Positions 7,580 to 16,264 of a stretch of DNA of 20,000 nucleotides are shown here, piece after piece. This DNA is from an uncultured virus (IMG/VR IMGVR_UViG_3300020459_000007) (taxonomy: Duplodnaviria; Heunggongvirae; Uroviricota; Caudoviricetes), in IMG/VR virus record IMGVR_UViG_3300020459_000007. One strand, written 5' to 3'. The notes under the pieces were generated by a model. The model saw only the letters and a list, made by a program, of their open reading frames with translations, did no database searches and was not told the origin of the DNA. The position numbers and the translations under genes were made by a program. How positions within the stretch are numbered: position 1 is the first letter of the stretch; the number at the start of each line of letters is the position of its first letter.

Positions 7580-9214
7580 TTATTTATCAGCTTTAGGTTT
7601 TGGAGCAACAGATTTCTGTTGATCGGCCGCGGCTTTTGATTTTTGACTAGCAATTTGAGCTTTCTTAACTTCCTGATCGAGCTCTATATTATCAGTCTCT
7701 GCATCTAACTGCTGTTGATCTGCAGATACTAGATCTGTTGGATTGATTGCTCTACCTGATTCTATATCATCTGCGATCTGAAGATCCATGTCTTCAATTT
7801 GTCTCTCGGTTTGACCAAGAACATTCTGACGAATATAATCTATAGAGAAGTACTTACCAACATAAGGATCCATAAGACCAATGACATTGAGTTGCTCTGT
7901 CATCATCTCTAGGTTCTTTAGCTCCGTGAAATGATTATCATAGAGATAGTCATACTGGATATGCTCCTTCATCTCATCCCAGTCTTCAGGAGTGATGACA
8001 CTCTTCAGGATTAACTGGGTCTTTAGAGTATCATTAAAGATATCACTAAACTTCTTGCGGAGTTTACCCACAAACTTAGTGAACTTCAATTCATCTCTAG
8101 TGATCTCAGATGACCTTCCAATGTTAAATGCTTGCCCTGATTCCAAACGACCAGCTGGAACATTTAACGCTTTGTAAAGTTTTGTTTGGAAATATTGCAC
8201 GTCTGTAAGCTCTCCAAGGTTCTGACCACCAGGAAGTGTAGTAATTTCAGTACCTCTACCCCCTTCTCTACGTGGTAACCAGAAATCTTCCATCATTGAC
8301 ATGTATTTTCTGTCGTCTCTGATCTCTCCAGTGGCAGCATCGTATACTAATTTGTTACGATACCTTCCCATAACTTCACGTAAGTATTGTTCTGCCTTAA
8401 CTTTAGGTAGGTTACCTACGTCAATATAAAATATTCTACGCTCTGGTGCTCTTGATATTCTGTATATAACTAGACTGTCCTCGATCATTCTAAGTTGATT
8501 GAGTACTTTAATTCCTTTGTGCAAATAGGACAATACAATATTTCTATTGGTGTCCATGATACCACTTGTCACGTAAGTGATAGCATCTTTGGCAATCTTG
8601 ATACCACTATTCGCGGAAGTATTGTTCAATCCTTTTGGATTGTATATGAAATATTCCTCAGATGATCCGAAGTCATACTTCATAAATTCATCTGCTGTCT
8701 TGGGTTTTGTTATCTGTCTTACTTTCTTAATCTTTGATGGATCAATATATCTGACTTCTTTAATACCGTCTTGTGGTGCATCTAAATCAATGACCTTATG
8801 ATAGTACAAACGCCCATCAATGTACCATCTGCGGAACATCTCATGGGCTTTGCCATCAAATCCAAATAAGTTTTTAATATAATCGAACTCGTCACGTATC
8901 ATTCCTTTTACAGAATCACTAACCTCAAGGTTATCAAGGTTAACTTCTACAGGACTATCATTTTGATCAGCAACTATTGCTTCATGTATAATATCTTCGA
9001 TGGCGGAATCCACTTCTGGATGCATCGCCATTTCCCGATACTTCTTCACCATGTCATATTCAGTTTTGAAGTTACCGTCTAGGTCAAGATATTGACCATA
9101 GTAACCTCCTGCAATATAACTAGTAGCTCCGTCCTCGCTAGAAGGTTGGATAGGAGACGGGGCACGCTCCTTAATCTTTTGCTTCTTAAACGAGAAACCG
9201 AATAACTCTGCCAT
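7580..9214 (-). CDS. g20: Portal protein gp20
   Basis: YRISRAPERRIFYIDVGNLPKVKAEQYL and EDFWLPRREGGRGTEITTLPGGQNLG motifs. Confidence 0.99.
   Translation of the reverse strand: MAELFGFSFKKQKIKERAPSPIQPSSEDGATSYIAGGYYGQYLDLDGNFKTEYDMVKKYREMAMHPEVDSAIEDIIHEAIVADQNDSPVEVNLDNLEVSDSVKGMIRDEFDYIKNLFGFDGKAHEMFRRWYIDGRLYYHKVIDLDAPQDGIKEVRYIDPSKIKKVRQITKPKTADEFMKYDFGSSEEYFIYNPKGLNNTSANSGIKIAKDAITYVTSGIMDTNRNIVLSYLHKGIKVLNQLRMIEDSLVIYRISRAPERRIFYIDVGNLPKVKAEQYLREVMGRYRNKLVYDAATGEIRDDRKYMSMMEDFWLPRREGGRGTEITTLPGGQNLGELTDVQYFQTKLYKALNVPAGRLESGQAFNIGRSSEITRDELKFTKFVGKLRKKFSDIFNDTLKTQLILKSVITPEDWDEMKEHIQYDYLYDNHFTELKNLEMMTEQLNVIGLMDPYVGKYFSIDYIRQNVLGQTERQIEDMDLQIADDIESGRAINPTDLVSADQQQLDAETDNIELDQEVKKAQIASQKSKAAADQQKSVAPKPKADK
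7581..7587 (-). promoter_or_regulatory. Late promoter (ATAAATA) overlapping the g20 stop
   Basis: GAT AAA TAA at the end of g20, 21 nt upstream of the ATG at 7559. Confidence 0.75.
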
Positions 9215-9238
9215 AATATTTGGGTTTCTTTACCTGAC

Positions 9239-9244
9239 TATTTA
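9239..9244 (-). promoter_or_regulatory. Late promoter core TAAATA for g20
   Basis: CTAAATAG in the g19-g20 intergenic gap, 24 nt upstream of the ATG. Confidence 0.75.
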
Positions 9245-9253
9245 GTTGACTTT

Positions 9254-9859
9254 CTAAACGACGTTATTCTTGTTTTTGCCACCAGAACTTGTATGGTACT
9301 GATAAGCAAACTCAACATCAAACTCTTCGTATGAATCGTTGTTGTCGTATGCAAGTGATACTTGTGATACACTTACAGGCCAAGCACTGACTAAATTGTA
9401 CTGTCTTAATTCTGTTAGTTTTCCATCTGCAGCACCGTCACCACCAAACTTGTCTAGTTGTGTGACTTGGATGTCTACCCATGTGTCCACAATATCAGAG
9501 TTTGCAGTGTTAGCTTCAACGTCATTAGTAAGTTGGATCCACTTCTCATAAGCACTTCTTAGTGCGAATGCATCATCCATATAGAATGTACCTGTCCATG
9601 TTTCATAAGTTCTGTCGCCAGGAACTTTAATAACACGTCCACGGAAGGGAAGTTCAACTGTTCCAACGTTGGTTGCTGGTAAAGCAGCAGACTTACACAT
9701 GTATGTAACAGCAGATCCTTTGGATGCTGCTACTCCGTCGATGACGGGTTCTGATAAAGCTGTGCCTTGTGGCCAAGCGTGGGCTACTGAGAAGAGGTTA
9801 GGTCGTACACCACCTCTAATCGCTCTTTGGAATTCTAAAATACCTAGTGGGGTTGCCAT
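9254..9859 (-). CDS. g19: Tail tube protein gp19
   Basis: GGVRPNLF, CKSAALPA, PFRGRVIKVPGDRTYETW and EEFDVEFAYQY motifs. Confidence 0.96.
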   Translation of the reverse strand: MATPLGILEFQRAIRGGVRPNLFSVAHAWPQGTALSEPVIDGVAASKGSAVTYMCKSAALPATNVGTVELPFRGRVIKVPGDRTYETWTGTFYMDDAFALRSAYEKWIQLTNDVEANTANSDIVDTWVDIQVTQLDKFGGDGAADGKLTELRQYNLVSAWPVSVSQVSLAYDNNDSYEEFDVEFAYQYHTSSGGKNKNNVV

Positions 9860-9878
9860 TGTTAATGTGCTCCGTTAA

Positions 9879-11864
9879 TTATCTGCGGGGGATGACTTCT
9901 TCAAAACTAACGCCAGTGCGTGTAGCAATGAATGTCAATGTGATAAAGTTGATTGAACGTGCAGGCTTGATATAGAAATCTGCCTTAAATTCGTTCGCGT
10001 CAATGACTGAACCAGGATTATTGGTGTCATCACATACAACTAAGAAATCTGTGATACCTCTTTCGGCTTGTACACCTCTAAGGTATGGTTCAACAACATT
10101 CTTAAAGTTGTTTCTAGTGAATTCGTCATTAAGTTCAAAGAGTACTCCCTTCGCAGCGTTGCCGATTGTCTTCTCTATCACGTTGAAAAGACGACGAACG
10201 TTGATGCGATCAAATGCAGATGGTGAAGCGAGAGCTGTTTTGTCACCGAATAGAACTATGCCTTGACCAGGTAGACTGGTTATAGGATTAATTCTCTTCT
10301 GATACAATGAATCTCTTTCGGATTTGGTTGGTGAGTATGCTAGTTTAACAGCATTCTTAATTGCACCACGGTTTAAACCTGCTGGTGAGAACCAAGGTAA
10401 TCCGTTTGCTGTAGTAGCAGCACATAATCCTGCAACGTCTCCGTTACATGGAATGTATCTATACTTGTCAGCAAATCTGTCGTAGACATACTTCCATGTA
10501 TTATCAAACACACCGAATGATGTTGCTTGCATACCTGAGTAGTAGTCAACTACGTTTTGTGTTTGTGTCATGGAGCTTGTAACTCCAACAACGTCTCCTC
10601 TGAAAGGAGATAAGAAACCAACACAATCCTTTCTGTTTGAAGTGATTGTTAATACTGCAGCACCGATTGCCTGAGTATTGGTTTTGCTTGCTGCGTCACC
10701 AGGACCAGCAATTAGATAATCTATTGAAACTGTTTCAGTATCAGCGAACTCTTGAAGTCCAGTGATAATTTCTCCAGAAGATGCACTTCCAGTTTCAGCA
10801 CCTTTCGCCATAGTGTAGCTAGTAGGACCAGAGAACAAGTCAAATGTTGTTGTACTTGGACTACCTGCATTACCAGTACCTGCGATGTTACCACCAGTAG
10901 CTGCTTGGTTACCACTTACATCATATACTGATGTTTCGTGAGCACCCCAGTAAACAAATGCACTCTTGTCAAGTACAACCTGTGGGTAATAGTTACCTGC
11001 ACCTTGAGTTGTTTTAGCATTGTTTGCTTTAGAAACATATGTAAACTTCTCAAGTAAAGTGTTTGGTGAACCAGTGATAGCACCAGTAGCATCCCAAACT
11101 GCAACATGCATTTCATCACTTGAACCGCCACGTGCTGCGACGTAAGGTGAAGTGCCAGGTCTAGGAGCAATAGAAGACCACTTAAGTCCTGTAAATACAT
11201 CCTGTCCATCATACCAGTCAGAAACTGTTGTGATGTTTAAGTCACTTACACCATTCTCAACGATGTCTGCTGTTGTCCATGTGTCAGAAGAAATTAGTGA
11301 AACTGTATTCGTGCCACCATCCCACGCATAGATGTAACCCGATTTAGTTCCAGCTGTATTCTGTACTTGTGTACCAACTGTAGCAGTGCCTAAAGCACCA
11401 TCTAGTTTTAAGGAAACGTCTGCTCCCTTATCAATTACCCCAACCCTTATTGCATTTCCGTCTGCACCAACATCTCTTGCTGCGTAGTGGAATGGGTTTG
11501 CTGCTGCTGTGAAATATGTTGCTTCGTATACTTCTTTAGTAGTAATAGAAAGAAGATATGGAGATGTTGCACTGTCGTCTGATGCACTTAACTGTCCAGA
11601 TGTTGCACAACGAACTACGTCAAGTACTCCACCGTAAGATAGGAAACTTGCTGCAGTCCACCATGTTTCTGCGTTAGAGTCAGATGGTTCTCCAAAGATT
11701 TCAATGAGTTGAGATTCGTTTGATATACGAACGGGTGTAAGAACAGGTCCTTTTGCAAATGATCCTGCTATTGCCCCAACGTTTACTTCAACCGTCTCAA
11801 TCGACCCAACAGTCAGATCCCTTTCCTGGATCTCAACTCCTGGCGATAGAAGCGTGCTAGCCAT
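9879..11864 (-). CDS. g18: Tail sheath protein gp18
   Basis: LLSPGVEIQERDLT, PWFSPAGLNRG, SAFDRINVRRLF and YIKPARSINFITLTF motifs. Confidence 0.98.
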   Translation of the reverse strand: MASTLLSPGVEIQERDLTVGSIETVEVNVGAIAGSFAKGPVLTPVRISNESQLIEIFGEPSDSNAETWWTAASFLSYGGVLDVVRCATSGQLSASDDSATSPYLLSITTKEVYEATYFTAAANPFHYAARDVGADGNAIRVGVIDKGADVSLKLDGALGTATVGTQVQNTAGTKSGYIYAWDGGTNTVSLISSDTWTTADIVENGVSDLNITTVSDWYDGQDVFTGLKWSSIAPRPGTSPYVAARGGSSDEMHVAVWDATGAITGSPNTLLEKFTYVSKANNAKTTQGAGNYYPQVVLDKSAFVYWGAHETSVYDVSGNQAATGGNIAGTGNAGSPSTTTFDLFSGPTSYTMAKGAETGSASSGEIITGLQEFADTETVSIDYLIAGPGDAASKTNTQAIGAAVLTITSNRKDCVGFLSPFRGDVVGVTSSMTQTQNVVDYYSGMQATSFGVFDNTWKYVYDRFADKYRYIPCNGDVAGLCAATTANGLPWFSPAGLNRGAIKNAVKLAYSPTKSERDSLYQKRINPITSLPGQGIVLFGDKTALASPSAFDRINVRRLFNVIEKTIGNAAKGVLFELNDEFTRNNFKNVVEPYLRGVQAERGITDFLVVCDDTNNPGSVIDANEFKADFYIKPARSINFITLTFIATRTGVSFEEVIPRR

Positions 11865-11903
11865 GCGTGTACTCCTGATGATAAATCAATTTTTGTCTAT
11901 AGT

Positions 11904-11909
11904 TATTTA
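11904..11909 (-). promoter_or_regulatory. Late promoter core TAAATA for g18-g19
   Basis: CTAAATAA in the g17-g18 gap, followed by SD AGGAG before the g18 ATG. Confidence 0.78.
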
Positions 11910-11924
11910 GAAATTGGAGCTCTT

Positions 11925-13607
11925 TCAGCGATAGTCCCACATGAATGCCCTATCACCATACTCGTCTAAGGTGTATTCTTTCTCATTCATATCAATAGTC
12001 CAGATATTTCCCTCGCTGTCTTTGATCATCTCATCTTCCAATCCATCGTCTATAAAACCAAATGGTGCCATGTCTTGTTCTATCTGGTTCTTCTGTTCTT
12101 CGTATATTCTACGACGGATGTCCTGATCCGTCATTTCTTTAAAGTATTCTTGCTGCACTAACCATGAGAAGATGACTAAACACATAACAAGGTCATCATG
12201 ATATCCTTCGTCTGCTTCAAATGATTGTTTGTTTTGAATGAAGGTAGTTAGTTCAGATACTATGTTGTAATCCTTAACAATTAATTTATCATCTTCTATC
12301 AAAGTCTTTAAGTTAGAGCATCCTTGTGCCTTAACTGTCTTGCTCATCTTGACACCCATCTGTGTCTTATTACCTGAGAAACCTTGTCCAACTATCTGAC
12401 CTGCACGACCTCTCATAGCACACATCAGTACATTTTCATACTCGACATCATAGAATAAACTAGAAGCAACTGCTTCTCCTATATCATTTACTTCTATCAA
12501 TACGTGTGCTTTATTATAATTGTTTGCTACATTGTAGATAACGTTTGGTAATAGCATAGGTCTGATCTCATTGTTCCTATACTTTGCCACCAGTCTCCAC
12601 GGTGCTTTAGATATATTGATAACCACAAAGGCAGAGTAATCCTGTGATAGACCACGAGATACATCCACACATATAATATAATCGTTGTTGTCTACAGGAT
12701 TTTCATATACATCTAAACCAGCATTGCTAGTCATTATGTCATCGTAGACTAATACTCTCAACTTAGATGCTGCTATCAATGTATCAACAGATCCTAAGAA
12801 CTCGCAGTCAAACTCTTGAGTGAACTGTCTTACGGAAGTGTTTGCGATAGTCGTTTCCTTCCATTGAGCATCTCTGCCTGGTACTTTTGACCAGTGAACT
12901 TCAGACCATGCGTACCCATTTTTACCCTTCTGTGCATCTACCCACAACTTATAGAAGTGGTTCATACCATTAGGTGTGCTAATGATTATGACTTTCGTCT
13001 TGGTACCTGAAGTGATAGTAGGATATACAGAACTAAAGAACTGTTCGGCAATATGATTAGGTATAAAGGCAAACTCATCCAAAAAAATAATGTTGAAAGA
13101 CATACCTCGGACTGCACTAGCAGAGGTAGACGCAGCCAAGATTTTAGATCCATTTTCTAACTCCATTGATCCTTTGTTATATGTTATGATACCTTGCTGC
13201 ATCCACATGGGCAGCTGTTCATAAGCAAGTTGTAATCTTCCGAGCAAGTCTCTAGCAGTAGATAACTTGTTGGCAAGAATACCAACGTTCACGTTGTCAT
13301 TAAACAAGACATAGTGAAGTAGATAAGACACACACGTAGTGGACTTACCAGTCTGTCGAGGAAGTTTTGCAATGTTAAATCTGTGCTTATGGAACTTTTC
13401 GATCAACTCCTGTTGAAAGTCCCACATTTTAAATGGCACGATACCTTCATCAAGAGATATAATCTTGATGTAATTCATCGCAAAGTAAACAGGATCCTCT
13501 TTACACTTAAGGTATTCGGATATCTGCTCCTTGGTAAATTGTATTTCAGCACCAACCTTCTTAAGATTGGGATTGCCTAAGTAAAAATCTGTAGTATTAG
13601 TCGGCAT
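11925..13607 (-). CDS. g17: Terminase large subunit gp17
   Basis: YLGNPNLKK, PRQTGKST Walker A, IIFLDEFAF Walker B, STPNG, and nuclease motifs CVDVSRG and HDDLVM. Confidence 0.98.
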   Translation of the reverse strand: MPTNTTDFYLGNPNLKKVGAEIQFTKEQISEYLKCKEDPVYFAMNYIKIISLDEGIVPFKMWDFQQELIEKFHKHRFNIAKLPRQTGKSTTCVSYLLHYVLFNDNVNVGILANKLSTARDLLGRLQLAYEQLPMWMQQGIITYNKGSMELENGSKILAASTSASAVRGMSFNIIFLDEFAFIPNHIAEQFFSSVYPTITSGTKTKVIIISTPNGMNHFYKLWVDAQKGKNGYAWSEVHWSKVPGRDAQWKETTIANTSVRQFTQEFDCEFLGSVDTLIAASKLRVLVYDDIMTSNAGLDVYENPVDNNDYIICVDVSRGLSQDYSAFVVINISKAPWRLVAKYRNNEIRPMLLPNVIYNVANNYNKAHVLIEVNDIGEAVASSLFYDVEYENVLMCAMRGRAGQIVGQGFSGNKTQMGVKMSKTVKAQGCSNLKTLIEDDKLIVKDYNIVSELTTFIQNKQSFEADEGYHDDLVMCLVIFSWLVQQEYFKEMTDQDIRRRIYEEQKNQIEQDMAPFGFIDDGLEDEMIKDSEGNIWTIDMNEKEYTLDEYGDRAFMWDYR

Positions 13608-13764
13608 GCGTTACTTGAAACTCTTCAGCTTCCTCTTTGGTTGGGAACCAATATAGGTGCCTATGTAATTGTAGAGTGAATTGATGTGTCACAGGATCTT
13701 CTCCTATTACACCTTCGTAATCAATCCAATCAGTGTCTAACCGATCCTCTGGTACTTCGCTCAT
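13597..13764 (-). CDS. Hypothetical protein, 55 aa, acidic
   Basis: Hand translation: MSEVPEDRLDTDWIDYEGVIGEDPVTHQFTLQLHRHLYWFPTKEEAEEFQVTHAD. Strong SD AGGAGG; overlaps the g17 start by 11 nt. Confidence 0.75.
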   Translation of the reverse strand: MSEVPEDRLDTDWIDYEGVIGEDPVTHQFTLQLHRHLYWFPTKEEAEEFQVTHAD

Positions 13765-13888
13765 GACTGAACTCCTCCTGCTTTAGTTCATATTGTAGCA
13801 TGGATTTCAAAACTTTGGCACGGCCAACGTCTCGAAATGCCTCTACAACACGGAGTTCAGATTTTAATTCTTCTATTCTAGTCTTCAT
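13730..13888 (-). CDS. Hypothetical protein, 52 aa, predicted helical
   Basis: Hand translation: MKTRIEELKSELRVVEAFRDVGRAKVLKSMLQYELKQEEFSHERSTRGSVRH. Starts 2 nt after the upstream stop and fills the gap exactly. Confidence 0.65.
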   Translation of the reverse strand: MKTRIEELKSELRVVEAFRDVGRAKVLKSMLQYELKQEEFSHERSTRGSVRH

Positions 13889-13890
13889 AA

Positions 13891-14595
13891 TTAACAGTTC
13901 CACGCTCTTAGAGATTTGTTTATCCTACTATCTGGATCAGATGCAGTCTTTTTAGAAGTAAGTTTCTTCTTCATACCTTTCATTCTAGCACAGAAACTTG
14001 CTCTTCGCTTGTTTCCTTTCTTTTTAGATGGTGCTTTTAAATCAGAACCAGGATTTTCTTTTTCATAAGACTTCCTCCCTTTCTCATTTAAACCACCTTC
14101 TTTGTTCTTGCCAGCCTTCTTTGTCCATGCAGCACCTTCTCCCAAAGGTCCTCCCATAGCAGGTGGTAAGTTACCTGCATCGTGTTTGTCTTCATCATTC
14201 ACTTGGTTCTTTTTCTTTTTAGAACCTTTCTTTGCTTCATCCATGAACGTAGCAAATTCTTTCACACAGTTCGGTACTGACTTACCGCCCTTCATCTTAG
14301 TTCCCTTTGCTTTATAACCTTTCCAACAGGAAGGTTTGTCGGGATCTCTACCAATGTTCTTCTTTGCTTGTCTCAAAGATTCTGTTGCTAATACAACAGG
14401 TCCGTCACTTGGATCGGATTCATGATACTTGATTACCTTACTATTTGGGTAGATACTCTGAGCGATACGCTGTGCTTGTGGTCTCTGAAGTTTTTGTAAC
14501 TTAGATCTAAAGACAGTGATATCATATTCTCTACCTCTCCATACAATAGTGAGAACGTAGTACCTTCCATACATTGTAGGTATTCTTGTAGTCAT
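13891..14595 (-). CDS. Basic modular phage protein, 234 aa, with a C-terminal DUF6321-like domain
   Basis: N-terminal alpha/beta-type domain, a CWKGYK...KGGKSVPNCV module, and a C-terminal AWTKKAGKNKEGGLNEKGRKSY...RRASFCARMKG...SLRAWNC domain (family name from memory). ATGA overlap with the upstream gene. Confidence 0.8.
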   Translation of the reverse strand: MTTRIPTMYGRYYVLTIVWRGREYDITVFRSKLQKLQRPQAQRIAQSIYPNSKVIKYHESDPSDGPVVLATESLRQAKKNIGRDPDKPSCWKGYKAKGTKMKGGKSVPNCVKEFATFMDEAKKGSKKKKNQVNDEDKHDAGNLPPAMGGPLGEGAAWTKKAGKNKEGGLNEKGRKSYEKENPGSDLKAPSKKKGNKRRASFCARMKGMKKKLTSKKTASDPDSRINKSLRAWNC

Positions 14596-14849
14596 CCTGT
14601 CACCGCATTGTTGTCTTTGTCATGACGCTGATACGCTGCAGGAGTTCTAGCAGTATTGTTAGTATTCCTTGCTTGGTATGTGCCAGGTGTTCTCGCAGTA
14701 TTGTTAGTATTACGAGCTTGATAGTCAGCGTTAAAGTTTTCGTAAGTGACTGTACTCCAACCCTCATTACCTGCGAATTGGTTGACCGTAGTCTTTCCTG
14801 GTTGAGGATCTACTGGGTCACAGTCTTTGTCGTTTCTTTGATATGCCAT
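14592..14849 (-). CDS. Hypothetical repeat protein, 85 aa
   Basis: Likely start MAYQRNDKD at 14849, just after the g16 stop, not 14918. Internal 15-aa repeats show only synonymous divergence over their 13-aa cores. Confidence 0.8.
   Translation of the reverse strand: MAYQRNDKDCDPVDPQPGKTTVNQFAGNEGWSTVTYENFNADYQARNTNNTARTPGTYQARNTNNTARTPAAYQRHDKDNNAVTG
14640..14723. repeat. Tandem coding repeat, 45-bp period (YQARNTNNTARTP x2)
   Basis: Identical 17-mer GCAGTATTGTTAGTATT at 14650-14666 and 14695-14711. Confidence 0.9.
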
Positions 14850-14853
14850 AAGA

Positions 14854-15267
14854 TTATTTATCTTTTTTCTTAGATGCGTCTTTGAGCATCTTTTGAAGGT
14901 CAGCAGTACTACCAACAAACAAAGAGTTGTTAGTCACTACCTTTTTAGCACTCTCTTCTTTGACATTTTTTTTGTCCTTCTGTAGTGCCATAAGTTTGTC
15001 TGCCACATCACCTACGTGTTTGATGAGTTGTCCAGCAACTTCGTATGCTCTAGGGTGATCAGAAGACATAGCCAAATCAAGAGCACCGTTGACAGCTTCT
15101 TGTCCTTTATCCACCAAGGCGTAAAGGTTTCCTCGTGCATATTCATAGTCGTCCTGTACCTCATCTTTAGCATTCACCTTTTTAGGAGGTGCTTTGACCT
15201 CAGGTTTGGGTGTCACCTCTGATACTGTTTCTACAATATCAAATGCTTTGTCTAGTTCGTTACTCAT
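14854..15267 (-). CDS. g16: Terminase small subunit gp16
   Basis: DYEYARGNLYALVDKGQEA, HPRAYEVAGQLIK and NNSLFVGSTADLQKML motifs. Likely start MSNELD at 15267, overlapping the g15 stop. Confidence 0.95.
   Translation of the reverse strand: MSNELDKAFDIVETVSEVTPKPEVKAPPKKVNAKDEVQDDYEYARGNLYALVDKGQEAVNGALDLAMSSDHPRAYEVAGQLIKHVGDVADKLMALQKDKKNVKEESAKKVVTNNSLFVGSTADLQKMLKDASKKKDK
14855..14861 (-). promoter_or_regulatory. Late promoter (ATAAATA) overlapping the g16 stop
   Basis: GAT AAA TAA at the end of g16, only 5 nt before the ATG at 14849. Confidence 0.65.
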
Positions 15268-16264
15268 AATAAGAAGTGCTCTCCGAGAATCCAAAGTCAT
15301 CACCACTAGTTAGTAGTGCATCATCTGTAGCATCAATTAGATCAACAGGTGTACCTGATACTGCAGCTGCAGCAGTGGTTCCATTCTGTGCTCTACGAAC
15401 AGATAACTTGTTCGGTGATGTCTTACTCTTGACATACATTACTTCATTACCTATCTCAATATATGATTGAGTAGGAATGTCGCTATAGTCTACTACCTCA
15501 ACTGAGAGGTTCCTTGCGGTGATAGCACCTGCAAGTTCTGTAGTACCGTCCTTGTTTTTGTCGGTAAGTGCTTTTGGTGTGACCTGATACTCAACCTGTC
15601 TGGTTGCTGTAGCAGAAGGCATAGTAGTATAGATATCTGCTTTTGCTTTCTTGATAGGTCCTTGAGTTCCAACAGGTCCGAAGATGTAAGTCTTACAAGT
15701 AAAACTCATGGTAACTAGAGTAATCTTTCTGTCATCAAAAGATCCTTCATAGTCATCACTGTAATTGATGCTATTCAATATAATAGGAATGTCCCTATAG
15801 TCTTTCATCTCATCAACCAACTTAATAGTCATCTGATATGACGGTTGGAAGATGGGAACTATCTGTTCTAGGATCTCTAGACTTTCATCATTAGTCTTAG
15901 ATATGACATTTAATTCAAAATCTATATTATATGGTACAGGAGTGTACTGTCTCCTCACAGTATCCTTATCGCCCGTTTGCAAATTCATTGTGATGGGAGC
16001 AAGTTTCCTAGCACTATCATATGATATCCCTGTCATCTCAAATGATAAACGGGGAACTGTGATCGCAACCTTTTGGTTTAGATCTGCCTGTTGTTCTAGT
16101 CTTGCTAAAAATTTCTGTCGAGGACCGTACGCTAGAGGTACTTTCAACCTACTGTATATGGTTCCGTCTGTTTTTTCCTTTCGGCATTCTATGTTATTGA
16201 AGAGTGTTCCAAATCCTATGACGCACTTTCTAATAATCTTGTTGTATGTGTATGCACCTAACAT
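15260..16264 (-). CDS. g15: Tail sheath stabiliser / terminator gp15
   Basis: FGTLFNNI, VPLAYGPRQKFLARL, PRLSFEM, PVPYNIDFEL and DDYEGSF motifs. Confidence 0.95.
   Translation of the reverse strand: MLGAYTYNKIIRKCVIGFGTLFNNIECRKEKTDGTIYSRLKVPLAYGPRQKFLARLEQQADLNQKVAITVPRLSFEMTGISYDSARKLAPITMNLQTGDKDTVRRQYTPVPYNIDFELNVISKTNDESLEILEQIVPIFQPSYQMTIKLVDEMKDYRDIPIILNSINYSDDYEGSFDDRKITLVTMSFTCKTYIFGPVGTQGPIKKAKADIYTTMPSATATRQVEYQVTPKALTDKNKDGTTELAGAITARNLSVEVVDYSDIPTQSYIEIGNEVMYVKSKTSPNKLSVRRAQNGTTAAAAVSGTPVDLIDATDDALLTSGDDFGFSESTSYYE

Noticed and set aside
13081..13087. T7 run (minus strand) in g17 as a programmed frameshift site
   Set aside because: It encodes the conserved IIFLDE Walker B motif; the frame is intact and no stimulatory structure is evident.
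11925..13607. Intron, intein or homing endonuclease in or near terminase, portal or capsid genes
   Set aside because: The genes are uninterrupted and of normal length. No HNH, GIY-YIG, LAGLIDADG or intein splice motifs were seen in the inserts.
13730..13888. 52-aa helical ORF as an NblA-like phycobilisome degradation protein
   Set aside because: Size and helicity fit loosely, but the LSLEQQF-type signature is absent.
14640..14723. Repeat as a mini-CRISPR array
   Set aside because: Only two units, in-frame 45-nt period, synonymous divergence and no unique spacers. It is a protein repeat.
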